Below, piece by piece: positions 21,961 through 31,723 of a stretch of 38,565 nucleotides of DNA (position 1 is the first letter of the stretch; every line of letters starts with the position of its first letter). The DNA lies in NCBI GenBank assembly GCA_048860285.1, contig JBLIZX010000084.1:1-38565 (forward strand). Direction: 5' to 3'. Origin of the DNA: Macromonas sp. Its GTDB lineage: Bacteria > Pseudomonadota > Gammaproteobacteria > Burkholderiales > Burkholderiaceae_C. A program made the position numbers and the translations under genes. The notes under the pieces are model-generated. The model did not search any database, was not told where the DNA came from, and was given only the letters and a program-made list of their open reading frames with translations.

Positions 21961-24480
21961 GTGAACAATCGGCCCCGATTGTCCACGACTCCAGCCCCCA
22001 CACGCAGCGGATTGCAGAGAGAAACGGTGCAAATTTCAGACACTTTGAGGGACAACCTGGTTCAGACCTTGCGCCGGGTGCGCTTGTGGCTGTGGCACTG
22101 GCGCATTCCACCGTGGCGGCGTGCGCTGCGCTGGCTGGCGGTGGCGTTGCTGCTGGGCTTGTTGTACCTGCTGGTGTTGATTCCGCTGACTCCGAGTACC
22201 AACGACATCCGCAAAGCCGCGCTGGAGCAACCCGCACAAGTGCTGTCCGCCGATGGCAAACTGCTGGCCGAATTCAAACGCTCTAACCGCGTGTGGGTGC
22301 GCTTGGCCGACATTTCGCCACACGTGCGACACGCATTGATTGCGACCGAAGACCACCGTTTTTACGAACACGGTGGCATCGACTGGTACCGCACCGCCGC
22401 CTCGGCGGTACACACGCTGATGGGCAACCGCCAAGGCGGCTCTACCCTGACACAGCAACTCGCACGCAACCTGTACCCAGAAGAAATAGGACGTGCGCCC
22501 ACCCTCAACCGCAAACTCAAGGAGGCCGTGACAGCCCTCAAGATCGAGTGGGTACATTCCAAAGACGATATTCTGGAAACCTACCTCAACACGGTGCCGT
22601 TTCTGTACAACGCTTTCGGCATTGAAATGGCGGCGCGCACCTACTTTGACACCTCCGCCGACGCGCTGAATGTGCTGCAAAGTGCTACGCTGGTGGGTAT
22701 GCTCAAAGGCAACAGCTACTACAACCCGGTGCTCAATCCCGAGCGGGCTTTGCAACGCCGCAACACCGTGTTGGGCCAGATGGTCAAACGCCACCGTTTG
22801 GACGCAGAACAATACGAAGAACTGCGCCAAAAACCGCTGCGCATTGTCTTTGCGCGCCAAAACGAACCCACGGGGGCGGCACCCCATTTCACGCAACAGC
22901 TCAAAAAATGGCTGATCGCGTGGGCCGACCGCAACGAGTACAACATTTACAGCGACGGGCTGGTGGTGCGCACCACCCTCGACAGCAGGTTGCAAACCCT
23001 GGCCAACCAAGCCGTGGCGCGTCAGGGCAAAAAACTGCAAGGCGTGGCCGACATGGCTTGGAGTGGCCGCCAAGGCTGGGGGCCGGACAATCCCTTGGTG
23101 CAAACGCTGGTGCGCGAATCGGTGGAGTACAAAAAAGCCACCGCAGGCGGGGCTACGCCTGAAGCGGCGTTGCACACCTTGCAAGCCGACCGCACCTTCA
23201 TGCACGAACTGCAACAGAAAAAAACCCAAGTGCAAGCCGGTTTCTTGGCCATAGACCCACGCAACGGGCACATCAAGGCCTGGGTGGGCAGCTTAGATTT
23301 TACGGAAGATGCGTTTGACCACGTGCAACAAGCACGCCGTCAACCCGGCTCCACCTTCAAACCTTTTGTGTACGGCGAAGCCCTGCGCCAAGGAGCCAGC
23401 CCCGACGATACGTGGGTCGACCAAGCGGTTGAAATTGATGTGGGCAATGGCGAAATTCGGCGGCCCACCGATGGCGGTGCCCCCAGCGGGCGCAGCATCA
23501 GCCTGCGCGACGGCCTGATTTACTCCAAAAACACCATCGCGGCCCAAATCATGCAAAACGTGGGCCCGACCAAAGTGGCCCGGTTGGCGCGTGAAATGGG
23601 TGTGCGCCACAGTCCACTCGAAGCCGTGCCTTCGCTGGCGTTGGGCACCAGTCCAGTCACGCTCAAAGAAATGGTCAGTGCCTACAGCACCATTGCACAC
23701 CAAGGCCAATACGTGGAACCCATGTGGGTGACCCAAATCGAAGACCGCCACGGCAACATTTTGGAAGCCTTTGCCCCCGCTGAACCAGAACAAGCGCTGT
23801 CCACCGATGTGGCTTACCAGTTGCTGGATGTGATGCGTGGCGTGATCACCCGGGGCACGGGACGCGACATCCGGCAACGCTTCGGCATCAACGCCGACGT
23901 GGCGGGCAAAACCGGCACCACGCAAGACAACGCCGATGGCTGGTTTATTTTGATGCACCCACAACTGGTCACAGGTGCGTGGGTTGGCTTCAACGACAGC
24001 CGCATCACCCTGCGCAGCGACCACTGGGGCCAAGGCGCGCGCAGCGCCTTGCCAATGGTGGGCGATTTTGTGGCCAAAGCCCTGCAAACCCGCGCCATCG
24101 ACCGCAAGGTTCGTTTTATTGCGCCTGAAGACAACAGTTGGTGGCGACGTTTGGGCTGGCAAGTGGAGCACTGGTTGTCCCAATGGTGGCAGCAACTGGA
24201 CATCGCCCCCCCCGCGCTGCCGGGTTGGGCCGAACTGCGGCGCTGGTGGTCGTCCTTGTCGCTGCCGTGGCCCTTCACATGGCCCGACCAATTGCCAGAG
24301 GTACCGCGCCCAGTGCCACGCGCACCATTGGAACCTCCCGCACAAAACACGCCACCGGGCCAAACCACCCCCGACCCGTTGCAAGAAAAAATCGACCAAA
24401 TCTTGGAAGAACAACGGGTACACGACATTCTGGAAGCCGTGCCGGGGGCGGTTGCAGCGCCCGTGGTACCCAACCAGTAA
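21961..24480 (+). CDS. Class A penicillin-binding protein (PBP1A family transglycosylase/transpeptidase); likely start GTG 22027
   Basis: TM anchor. GT51 motifs EDHRFYEHGG, GGSTLTQQL, RKLKE, KDDILETYLN. Transpeptidase motifs STFK, SKN, KTGT. Confidence 0.93.
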   Translation: MNNRPRLSTTPAPTRSGLQRETVQISDTLRDNLVQTLRRVRLWLWHWRIPPWRRALRWLAVALLLGLLYLLVLIPLTPSTNDIRKAALEQPAQVLSADGKLLAEFKRSNRVWVRLADISPHVRHALIATEDHRFYEHGGIDWYRTAASAVHTLMGNRQGGSTLTQQLARNLYPEEIGRAPTLNRKLKEAVTALKIEWVHSKDDILETYLNTVPFLYNAFGIEMAARTYFDTSADALNVLQSATLVGMLKGNSYYNPVLNPERALQRRNTVLGQMVKRHRLDAEQYEELRQKPLRIVFARQNEPTGAAPHFTQQLKKWLIAWADRNEYNIYSDGLVVRTTLDSRLQTLANQAVARQGKKLQGVADMAWSGRQGWGPDNPLVQTLVRESVEYKKATAGGATPEAALHTLQADRTFMHELQQKKTQVQAGFLAIDPRNGHIKAWVGSLDFTEDAFDHVQQARRQPGSTFKPFVYGEALRQGASPDDTWVDQAVEIDVGNGEIRRPTDGGAPSGRSISLRDGLIYSKNTIAAQIMQNVGPTKVARLAREMGVRHSPLEAVPSLALGTSPVTLKEMVSAYSTIAHQGQYVEPMWVTQIEDRHGNILEAFAPAEPEQALSTDVAYQLLDVMRGVITRGTGRDIRQRFGINADVAGKTGTTQDNADGWFILMHPQLVTGAWVGFNDSRITLRSDHWGQGARSALPMVGDFVAKALQTRAIDRKVRFIAPEDNSWWRRLGWQVEHWLSQWWQQLDIAPPALPGWAELRRWWSSLSLPWPFTWPDQLPEVPRPVPRAPLEPPAQNTPPGQTTPDPLQEKIDQILEEQRVHDILEAVPGAVAAPVVPNQ

Positions 24481-24494
24481 TTCAATGAACAACA

Positions 24495-24515
24495 AGGCCC
24501 GCACAATGCGGGCCT
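24495..24515. terminator. Hairpin between the convergent PBP gene and zapE; probable terminator
   Basis: AGGCCCGCA-caa-TGCGGGCCT perfect 9-bp stem, followed by TGTTGTT on the minus strand. Confidence 0.6.
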
Positions 24516-24556
24516 GCCAACCGCCCTGAGGGGGCGCTTAAAAAGTCCATATCTGG

Positions 24557-25705
24557 TCAGGTCAGCGACGTATCCACCTCACGGCGCTCCAACTCCAAGT
24601 ATTCTTTGGACTGCATCTCATTCAAGCGCGACACGGTGCGTGGAAACTCGTGCGACAGTGGCCCTTCGGTGTACAACTCTTCGGCGGGCACGGCAGCCGA
24701 CAAAATCAGTTTGACACGGCGGTCGTACAACACGTCCACCAGCCATGTAAAACGGCGCGCTTGCGAGGCCATGTTCACTGGCATATGCGGCACATTGCTC
24801 ACCAGCACGGTGTGAAACTGGTTGGCCAGCTCCAAATAATCGTTTTGTGAACGCGGGCCACCGCACAGGGTGCGAAAATCGAACCACACCACCCCCCCAG
24901 CACGGCGAATGGCGCGGATTTGGCGTGCCTCAATGTGCAACACGGGCTCTTCGTCTTGCACCTCGGCCAAACGGTTGAACGTGTCTTCCATCTCAGCTTC
25001 GGTCTCAGGCACCAGCGGCGTGTGGTACAGTTTGACGGCTTCCAAGGTACGGCGGCGGTAATCGGTGCCGTTGTCCACGTTGAGCACGGCCATCGTCTGC
25101 TTAAGCAACTCGATGGCAGGCAAGATTCGGTCACGGTGCAACCCATCGGGGTACAGCCCGTCCGGGTGAAAGTTGCTGGTTGTCACCATGCCAATGCCGT
25201 AATGCACCATCGCGTCCAGCACCCGGTGCAGGATCATGGCATCGGTCACATCGGCCACGTGGAATTCGTCAAAACACAGCAAGCGGTAACGCTTGGCCAT
25301 GCGTTTGCCCAGTTCATCCAACGGGTTGACGGTACCTTGCAACTCGTTGAGTTCGCGGTGCACCTCACGCATGAATTCGTGAAAATGCAACCGCGTCTTG
25401 CGGCGCAATGGCACGGCGTTGAAAAAGCAATCCATCAGAAAGCTTTTGCCGCGCCCCACCCCACCGTACATGTAAACCCCTTTCGGGATCGGCAAGCGGT
25501 TGATGAATTTTTTCAAGGCGTTGGAACGCTTGTGCTTGAAGTGCGCCCATTCCGCCGCGCAATGCTCCAGCGCCTCAATGGCGCGCAACTGCGCTGGGTC
25601 GCTTTGGAAGCCGCGCACTTTTAACTCGGCTTCGTAAGCGGTACGCACCGGCCCCCAAGGGGTGCCGGATGCCACGGAAGAACGGGACGCAACAGACTGG
25701 CTCAT
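24557..25705 (-). CDS. zapE: AFG1/ZapE family ATPase
   Basis: GGVGRGKS Walker A, HFHEFM, LCFDEF Walker B, TSN, RRFTWLVDVLYD, RTVSRLNEMQS. Confidence 0.95.
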   Translation of the reverse strand: MSQSVASRSSVASGTPWGPVRTAYEAELKVRGFQSDPAQLRAIEALEHCAAEWAHFKHKRSNALKKFINRLPIPKGVYMYGGVGRGKSFLMDCFFNAVPLRRKTRLHFHEFMREVHRELNELQGTVNPLDELGKRMAKRYRLLCFDEFHVADVTDAMILHRVLDAMVHYGIGMVTTSNFHPDGLYPDGLHRDRILPAIELLKQTMAVLNVDNGTDYRRRTLEAVKLYHTPLVPETEAEMEDTFNRLAEVQDEEPVLHIEARQIRAIRRAGGVVWFDFRTLCGGPRSQNDYLELANQFHTVLVSNVPHMPVNMASQARRFTWLVDVLYDRRVKLILSAAVPAEELYTEGPLSHEFPRTVSRLNEMQSKEYLELERREVDTSLT

Positions 25706-25723
25706 CAACCGCTTTCAACAACC

Positions 25724-27163
<1,440 letters not shown>

Positions 27164-27277
27164 GAAAATTCCTTGGGCGTGGCACAGCACGCGGGATCAA
27201 AAGTATAAAAGCCCCAAGGCTGCCGACAGCACCCCCATAGGGGCGTTGCCTTCAGCCATGAGGCTGCACGGTGGTGC

Positions 27278-28528
27278 TTAGATGTTGAACAGCAGGCGAG
27301 CCGGATCTTCCAACGCTTCCTTCATCGCCACCAGACCCAGCACGGCTTCGCGACCGTCGATGATGCGGTGGTCGTAAGACATGGCCAGGTAGTTGATCGG
27401 ACGCACCACCACTTGACCGTTTTCCACCACAGCGCGGTCTTTGGTGGCGTGTACACCCAAGATGGCCGATTGCGGCGGGTTGATGATGGGGGTGGACAGC
27501 ATGGAACCAAAGGTACCGCCGTTGGAGATGGAGAAGGTACCGCCGGTCATTTCTTCAATGCCCAGTTTGCCATCGGCAGCTTTCTTGCCAAATTCGGCAA
27601 TCTTCTTCTCGATGTCGGCAAAGCTCATTTGGTCGGCGTTGCGCAAAATCGGCACCACCAGACCGCGCGGCGAACCCACAGCGATACCGATGTCGAAATA
27701 GCCGTGGTACACGATGTCGTTGCCATCCACCGAGGCGTTGAGCACCGGGAACTTCTTCAGTGCGTGCACAGCGGCCTTGACAAAGAAGCTCATGAAGCCC
27801 AGCTTGCAACCGTGTTCCTTGGTGAACTGGTCTTGGAACTTGGAGCGCATTGCCATCACCGGGGCCATGTTGACTTCGTTGAACGTGGTCAGGATGGCGT
27901 TGGTGGATTGCGATTGCAGCAGACGCTCGGCCACACGGGCACGCAGGCGACTCATCGGCACACGCTGTTCAGGACGGTCACCCAAGCTCAGGGCCGGAGC
28001 GGCCACTTGCGGCAGTGCCTTGGTCGGGGCACCAGTGGGGATGGCCACAGCCGGAGCCACCTTGGGCGCGGCCACAGCGGCCAGCACGTCGCCCTTGGTC
28101 ACGCGGCCGTCTTTGCCGGTACCGGCGACAGAACCGGCGGCCAGGCCGTTGTCGGCCATCAGCTTGGCGGCAGCGGGCATGGCCACGCCAGCCTTGCTGT
28201 CGCTGGCCGGGGCAGCGGCCACCGGGGCGGGTGCAGCAACGGCGGGAGCCGCAGCAGCAGCCGGAGCGGCGGCAGCGCCTGCCTTGCCTTCGGTGTCGAT
28301 CTTGGCGATCACTTGGTCGGAAGCCACGGTACCACCGTCGCCCACCACCAATTCGGCCAACACGCCGGCCGACGGGGCCGGCACTTCCAGCACCACTTTG
28401 TCGGTTTCGATTTCGATCAGGATTTCATCGACCGCCACGGCTTCGCCGGGCTTTTTCTTCCACTGCAACAGGGTGGCTTCGGCCACGGATTCCGACAGTT
28501 GCGGGACTTTGACTTCTACGATTGCCAT
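27278..28528 (-). CDS. sucB: 2-oxoglutarate dehydrogenase E2 (dihydrolipoyl succinyltransferase)
   Basis: Lipoyl ETDKV, Ala/Pro linkers, GTGKDGRVTKGDV E3-binding domain, YDHRIIDG catalytic motif. Confidence 0.98.
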   Translation of the reverse strand: MAIVEVKVPQLSESVAEATLLQWKKKPGEAVAVDEILIEIETDKVVLEVPAPSAGVLAELVVGDGGTVASDQVIAKIDTEGKAGAAAAPAAAAAPAVAAPAPVAAAPASDSKAGVAMPAAAKLMADNGLAAGSVAGTGKDGRVTKGDVLAAVAAPKVAPAVAIPTGAPTKALPQVAAPALSLGDRPEQRVPMSRLRARVAERLLQSQSTNAILTTFNEVNMAPVMAMRSKFQDQFTKEHGCKLGFMSFFVKAAVHALKKFPVLNASVDGNDIVYHGYFDIGIAVGSPRGLVVPILRNADQMSFADIEKKIAEFGKKAADGKLGIEEMTGGTFSISNGGTFGSMLSTPIINPPQSAILGVHATKDRAVVENGQVVVRPINYLAMSYDHRIIDGREAVLGLVAMKEALEDPARLLFNI

Positions 28529-28567
28529 GATGTTGTTTGAACTTTGAAATGTCGTTGGGGCGAGGGT

Positions 28568-31447
28568 TTACTTGGTCAGCACAAAGCCCTTGAGCTTGGC
28601 AAAAGCGGCTTCGATGAGGGCCTTTTGCTGGTCTTGGTGCAGGTGCGAATAACCGACCGCCGGGGAAGCGGAAGCGGCACGACCGGCGTAACCGAGCTTC
28701 TGGCCATCCAGCATGTTTTCGTGGATGTTGTGCTGGATGAAGAACCAAGCGCCTTGGTTTTGCGGCTCGTCTTGGCACCACACGATGTCGGTAGCGTTGG
28801 GGTACTTCTTCAGTTCGGCACCAAACGCCTTGTGCGGGAACGGATACAGCTGCTCCACGCGAATGATGGCGACATCGGTTGCGCCTTTTTCTTCGCGCTT
28901 TTTGACCAAGTCGTAGTACACCTTGCCCGAACAAGCGATCACGCGCTTGACTTTGGCGGCGTTCTTCACCACTTCGGCGTTTTGTTCCGGAATCACGGTT
29001 TGGAAGCCACCTTTGGTGAACTCGGACAGCGGCGAGGTCGCGTCCTTGTTGCGCAGCAGCGACTTGGGCGTGAAGATGACCAGCGGCTTGCGCAGGTTGC
29101 GCACCACTTGACGACGCAACACGTGGAAGATCTGGCTGGCCGTGGTCGGCTGCACGATCTGCATGTTGGTATCGGCGGCCAGCTGCATGAAGCGTTCCAG
29201 ACGGGCTGAGCTGTGCTCTGGGCCTTGACCTTCGTAGCCGTGCGGCAGCATCAGGGTCAAACCGTTAACGCGGCCCCACTTGACTTCACCGGAGGCGATG
29301 AACTGGTCGATCACGACTTGGGCACCGTTGGCGAAGTCGCCAAACTGGGCTTCCCAGATCACCAGCGTGTTGGGGTCGGAACCAGCGTAGCCGTACTCGT
29401 AAGCCAGCACCGCTTCTTCCGACAAAATGGAATCGATGACCACAAACGGGGCTTGGTTCTCAGCCACATTTTGCAGCGGCACGTAAGTGCCGGTATCCCA
29501 CTTCTCGCGGTTTTGGTCGTGGATGACGGCGTGGCGGTGCGTGAACGTACCGCGACCGCAGTCTTCACCCGACAAACGCACGGGGTAGCCCGAAGCCACC
29601 AGCGAAGCAAACGCCATGTGCTCGCCCATGCCCCAGTCCACATTGACTTCGCCACGGCCCATCGCTGCGCGGTCGGCGTACACCTTCTTGACCAGTTGGT
29701 GCGGGGTCACGCTCTCAGGGATGGTGGTGAGCTTTTCGGACAAACGCTTCCACTCGGTGAGCGGAATGGCGGTGTCGCCCGCATCGGTCCATTTCTTGCC
29801 CAAGAACGGGGCCCAATCGACCGCGTACTTGCTCTTGAAATTGGTCAGCACCGGATCGACGGTGTGGCGGCCTTCGTCCATCGCAGCACGGTAGGCCTTG
29901 ACCATGTCATCGCCCAGCGATTCGCCCAAACCTTGTGCGGCCAGCTTGTCAGCGTACAGCTTGCGGGTGCCGGGGTGAGCACCGATCTTTTTGTACATCA
30001 GCGGCTGGGTCAGGCTGGGGGTGTCTTGCTCGTTGTGACCCAGCTTGCGGAAGCAGATGATGTCGACGACCACGTCCTTGCGGAAGGTCATGCGGAACTC
30101 CAGCGCCAGCTGAGTGGCCAGCACCACAGCCTCTGGATCGTCACCGTTGACGTGCAGCACCGGCGACTCGATCATTTTGACGATGTCGGTGCAGTACATG
30201 GTGGAGCGCAGGTCGCGCGGATCGGAGGTGGTGAAGCCGATCTGGTTGTTGATGATGATGTGAACGGTACCGCCGGTGGAGTAACCACGGGTTTCGGACA
30301 GTGCCAAGGTTTCTTGGTTCACCCCTTGGCCCGCAAAAGCGGCATCGCCGTGTACCAGCACTGGCAACACTTGCTGGCCCAGCGGATCGCCGCGGCGGTC
30401 CATACGGGCCCGCACAGAACCTTCCACCACCGGGTTGACGATTTCCAAGTGCGACGGGTTGAACGCCAAGCTCAAGTGAACCGGGCCACCAGCGGTGGAC
30501 ACGTCGGAGCTGAAACCTTGGTGGTACTTCACGTCACCAGCGGGCAGGTCTTCCGGGGCGGTGTGGTCGAATTCGGCAAACAAATCCTTGGGCATTTTGC
30601 CCAAGGTGTTGACCAGCACGTTCAAACGGCCACGGTGGGCCATGCCGATCACGATTTCTTGTACGCCCTTGGCTCCGGCTTGCTGGATCAGCTCGTCCAT
30701 CGCGGCAATGAAGCTTTCGCCCCCTTCCAGCGAGAAACGCTTTTGGCCAACGTACTTGGTGTGCAAGTAGCGTTCCAGGCCTTCGGCGGCGGTCAGGCGG
30801 TCCAGAATGTGCTTTTTCTTGTCAGCGGTGAAAGCCGGCTTGCTGCGGATGCTTTCCAGTTTTTGCTGCCACCAACGCTTTTGCTCTTGGTTGGTGGTGT
30901 GCATGTACTCGGCGCCGATGGTGCCGCAGTAGGTTTCGCGCAGCGCATTGAGCAACTCGCGCAGCGGCATGGTTTCGCGACCAAAGAAAGTGTTGCTGGT
31001 GTTGAACACCGTTTCTTGGTCGGCATCGGAGAAACCGTAGAACGACGGTTCCAGCTCCGGAATGGCCGGGCGTTCGGTACGTTGCAACGGATCGAGGTTG
31101 GCCCAACGTTGGCCGACGTTGCGGTAAGCGGCGATCAGTTGTTGGGTAGAAACACGCTTGCGGCCCAAATCGGAATCGGCACCGCTGGCCACCACCACTT
31201 GCGTCACACCGGCCTTGGCGCGCTCGGCAAAGGCATTGATGACGGGCAAGTGTGCCACGTCACGGCTGTCGCTGCCGTCGGCGGCGGGGACGTGCTGCAA
31301 CGCGTCAAAGTAGGCGCGCCACGTGTCGGGCACGCTGGCGGGATCGGCCAGGTAATTTTCATACATCTCTTCGACGTAGGGGGCATTGCCGCCGAAAAGA
31401 TACGTGTTGCCTTGATAAGCAACGTAGACGCTGTTCGTCTCGCTCAT
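28568..31447 (-). CDS. sucA: 2-oxoglutarate dehydrogenase E1
   Basis: KRFSLEG, GMAHRGRLN, GDVKYH, NPSHLE, HGDAAFAGQG (TPP), WEAQFGDF, GQGPEHSSAR. Confidence 0.98.
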   Translation of the reverse strand: MSETNSVYVAYQGNTYLFGGNAPYVEEMYENYLADPASVPDTWRAYFDALQHVPAADGSDSRDVAHLPVINAFAERAKAGVTQVVVASGADSDLGRKRVSTQQLIAAYRNVGQRWANLDPLQRTERPAIPELEPSFYGFSDADQETVFNTSNTFFGRETMPLRELLNALRETYCGTIGAEYMHTTNQEQKRWWQQKLESIRSKPAFTADKKKHILDRLTAAEGLERYLHTKYVGQKRFSLEGGESFIAAMDELIQQAGAKGVQEIVIGMAHRGRLNVLVNTLGKMPKDLFAEFDHTAPEDLPAGDVKYHQGFSSDVSTAGGPVHLSLAFNPSHLEIVNPVVEGSVRARMDRRGDPLGQQVLPVLVHGDAAFAGQGVNQETLALSETRGYSTGGTVHIIINNQIGFTTSDPRDLRSTMYCTDIVKMIESPVLHVNGDDPEAVVLATQLALEFRMTFRKDVVVDIICFRKLGHNEQDTPSLTQPLMYKKIGAHPGTRKLYADKLAAQGLGESLGDDMVKAYRAAMDEGRHTVDPVLTNFKSKYAVDWAPFLGKKWTDAGDTAIPLTEWKRLSEKLTTIPESVTPHQLVKKVYADRAAMGRGEVNVDWGMGEHMAFASLVASGYPVRLSGEDCGRGTFTHRHAVIHDQNREKWDTGTYVPLQNVAENQAPFVVIDSILSEEAVLAYEYGYAGSDPNTLVIWEAQFGDFANGAQVVIDQFIASGEVKWGRVNGLTLMLPHGYEGQGPEHSSARLERFMQLAADTNMQIVQPTTASQIFHVLRRQVVRNLRKPLVIFTPKSLLRNKDATSPLSEFTKGGFQTVIPEQNAEVVKNAAKVKRVIACSGKVYYDLVKKREEKGATDVAIIRVEQLYPFPHKAFGAELKKYPNATDIVWCQDEPQNQGAWFFIQHNIHENMLDGQKLGYAGRAASASPAVGYSHLHQDQQKALIEAAFAKLKGFVLTK

Positions 31448-31458
31448 GGATTCGCTGA

Positions 31459-31532
31459 CCTCCGTTTCCCTTCGGGAAACATTAGCTGGTTACAAAAAAC
31501 CTTCCGCGACACGGCTGAACCGGTTGGCGGAT
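31459..31532 (-). ncRNA. sucA RNA motif (cis-regulatory, riboswitch candidate of Burkholderiales)
   Basis: Minus strand AUCCGCCAACCGGUUCAGCCGUGUCGCGGAAGGUUUUUUGUAACCAGCUAAUGUUUCCCGAAGGGAAACGGAGG lies directly 5' of sucA, with nested stems and pairing into the SD. Matches the described motif from memory; not run against Rfam. Confidence 0.75.
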
Positions 31533-31570
31533 GCGACAGTGACTGTGGAAGGAACTGAAGCAAAACGCCA

Positions 31571-31579
31571 ATTGTGCCA
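31571..31579 (-). promoter_or_regulatory. Putative extended -10 (TGgCACAAT) for the sucA operon
   Basis: Minus strand aaTGgCACAATtgg about 125 nt upstream of the sucA ATG. This would put the RNA motif in the 5' UTR. Confidence 0.4.
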
Positions 31580-31609
31580 TTGAATGCCGCAGGCTGGAAA
31601 AACACGGAC

Positions 31610-31640
31610 TTTTGCCGTGCCCGCGCAAGCGGGCGCAAAA
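31610..31640. terminator. Stem-loop downstream of prpE (possible terminator)
   Basis: GCCCGC-GCAA-GCGGGC stem extended by TTTTGC/GCAAAA. No good U-tract on the prpE strand. Confidence 0.35.
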
Positions 31641-31723
31641 TGCAGTCGTGTGCCGATTTTCTCACGTGCAGCGCCCGCACGGCGCGGCATTGCACCGCGC
31701 GGGGGGCTGTTTCGGCATCAGGT

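Noticed and set aside
28190-28290. GCN/CCG-rich repeats in sucB, with similar ones in hflK (5640-5730) and rodZ
   Set aside because: They encode ordinary Ala/Pro linkers and are not DNA repeat elements.
29213-31558. 781-aa plus-strand ORF antisense to sucA, and similar long ORFs at 12004-14379, 8577-10568, 2043-3638, 25790-27208, 16026-17465 and 3334-4710
   Set aside because: Shadow ORFs opposite genes with strong codon bias in a GC-rich genome. They show no recognisable domains and the His/Gln/Val/Arg-rich composition typical of antisense frames.
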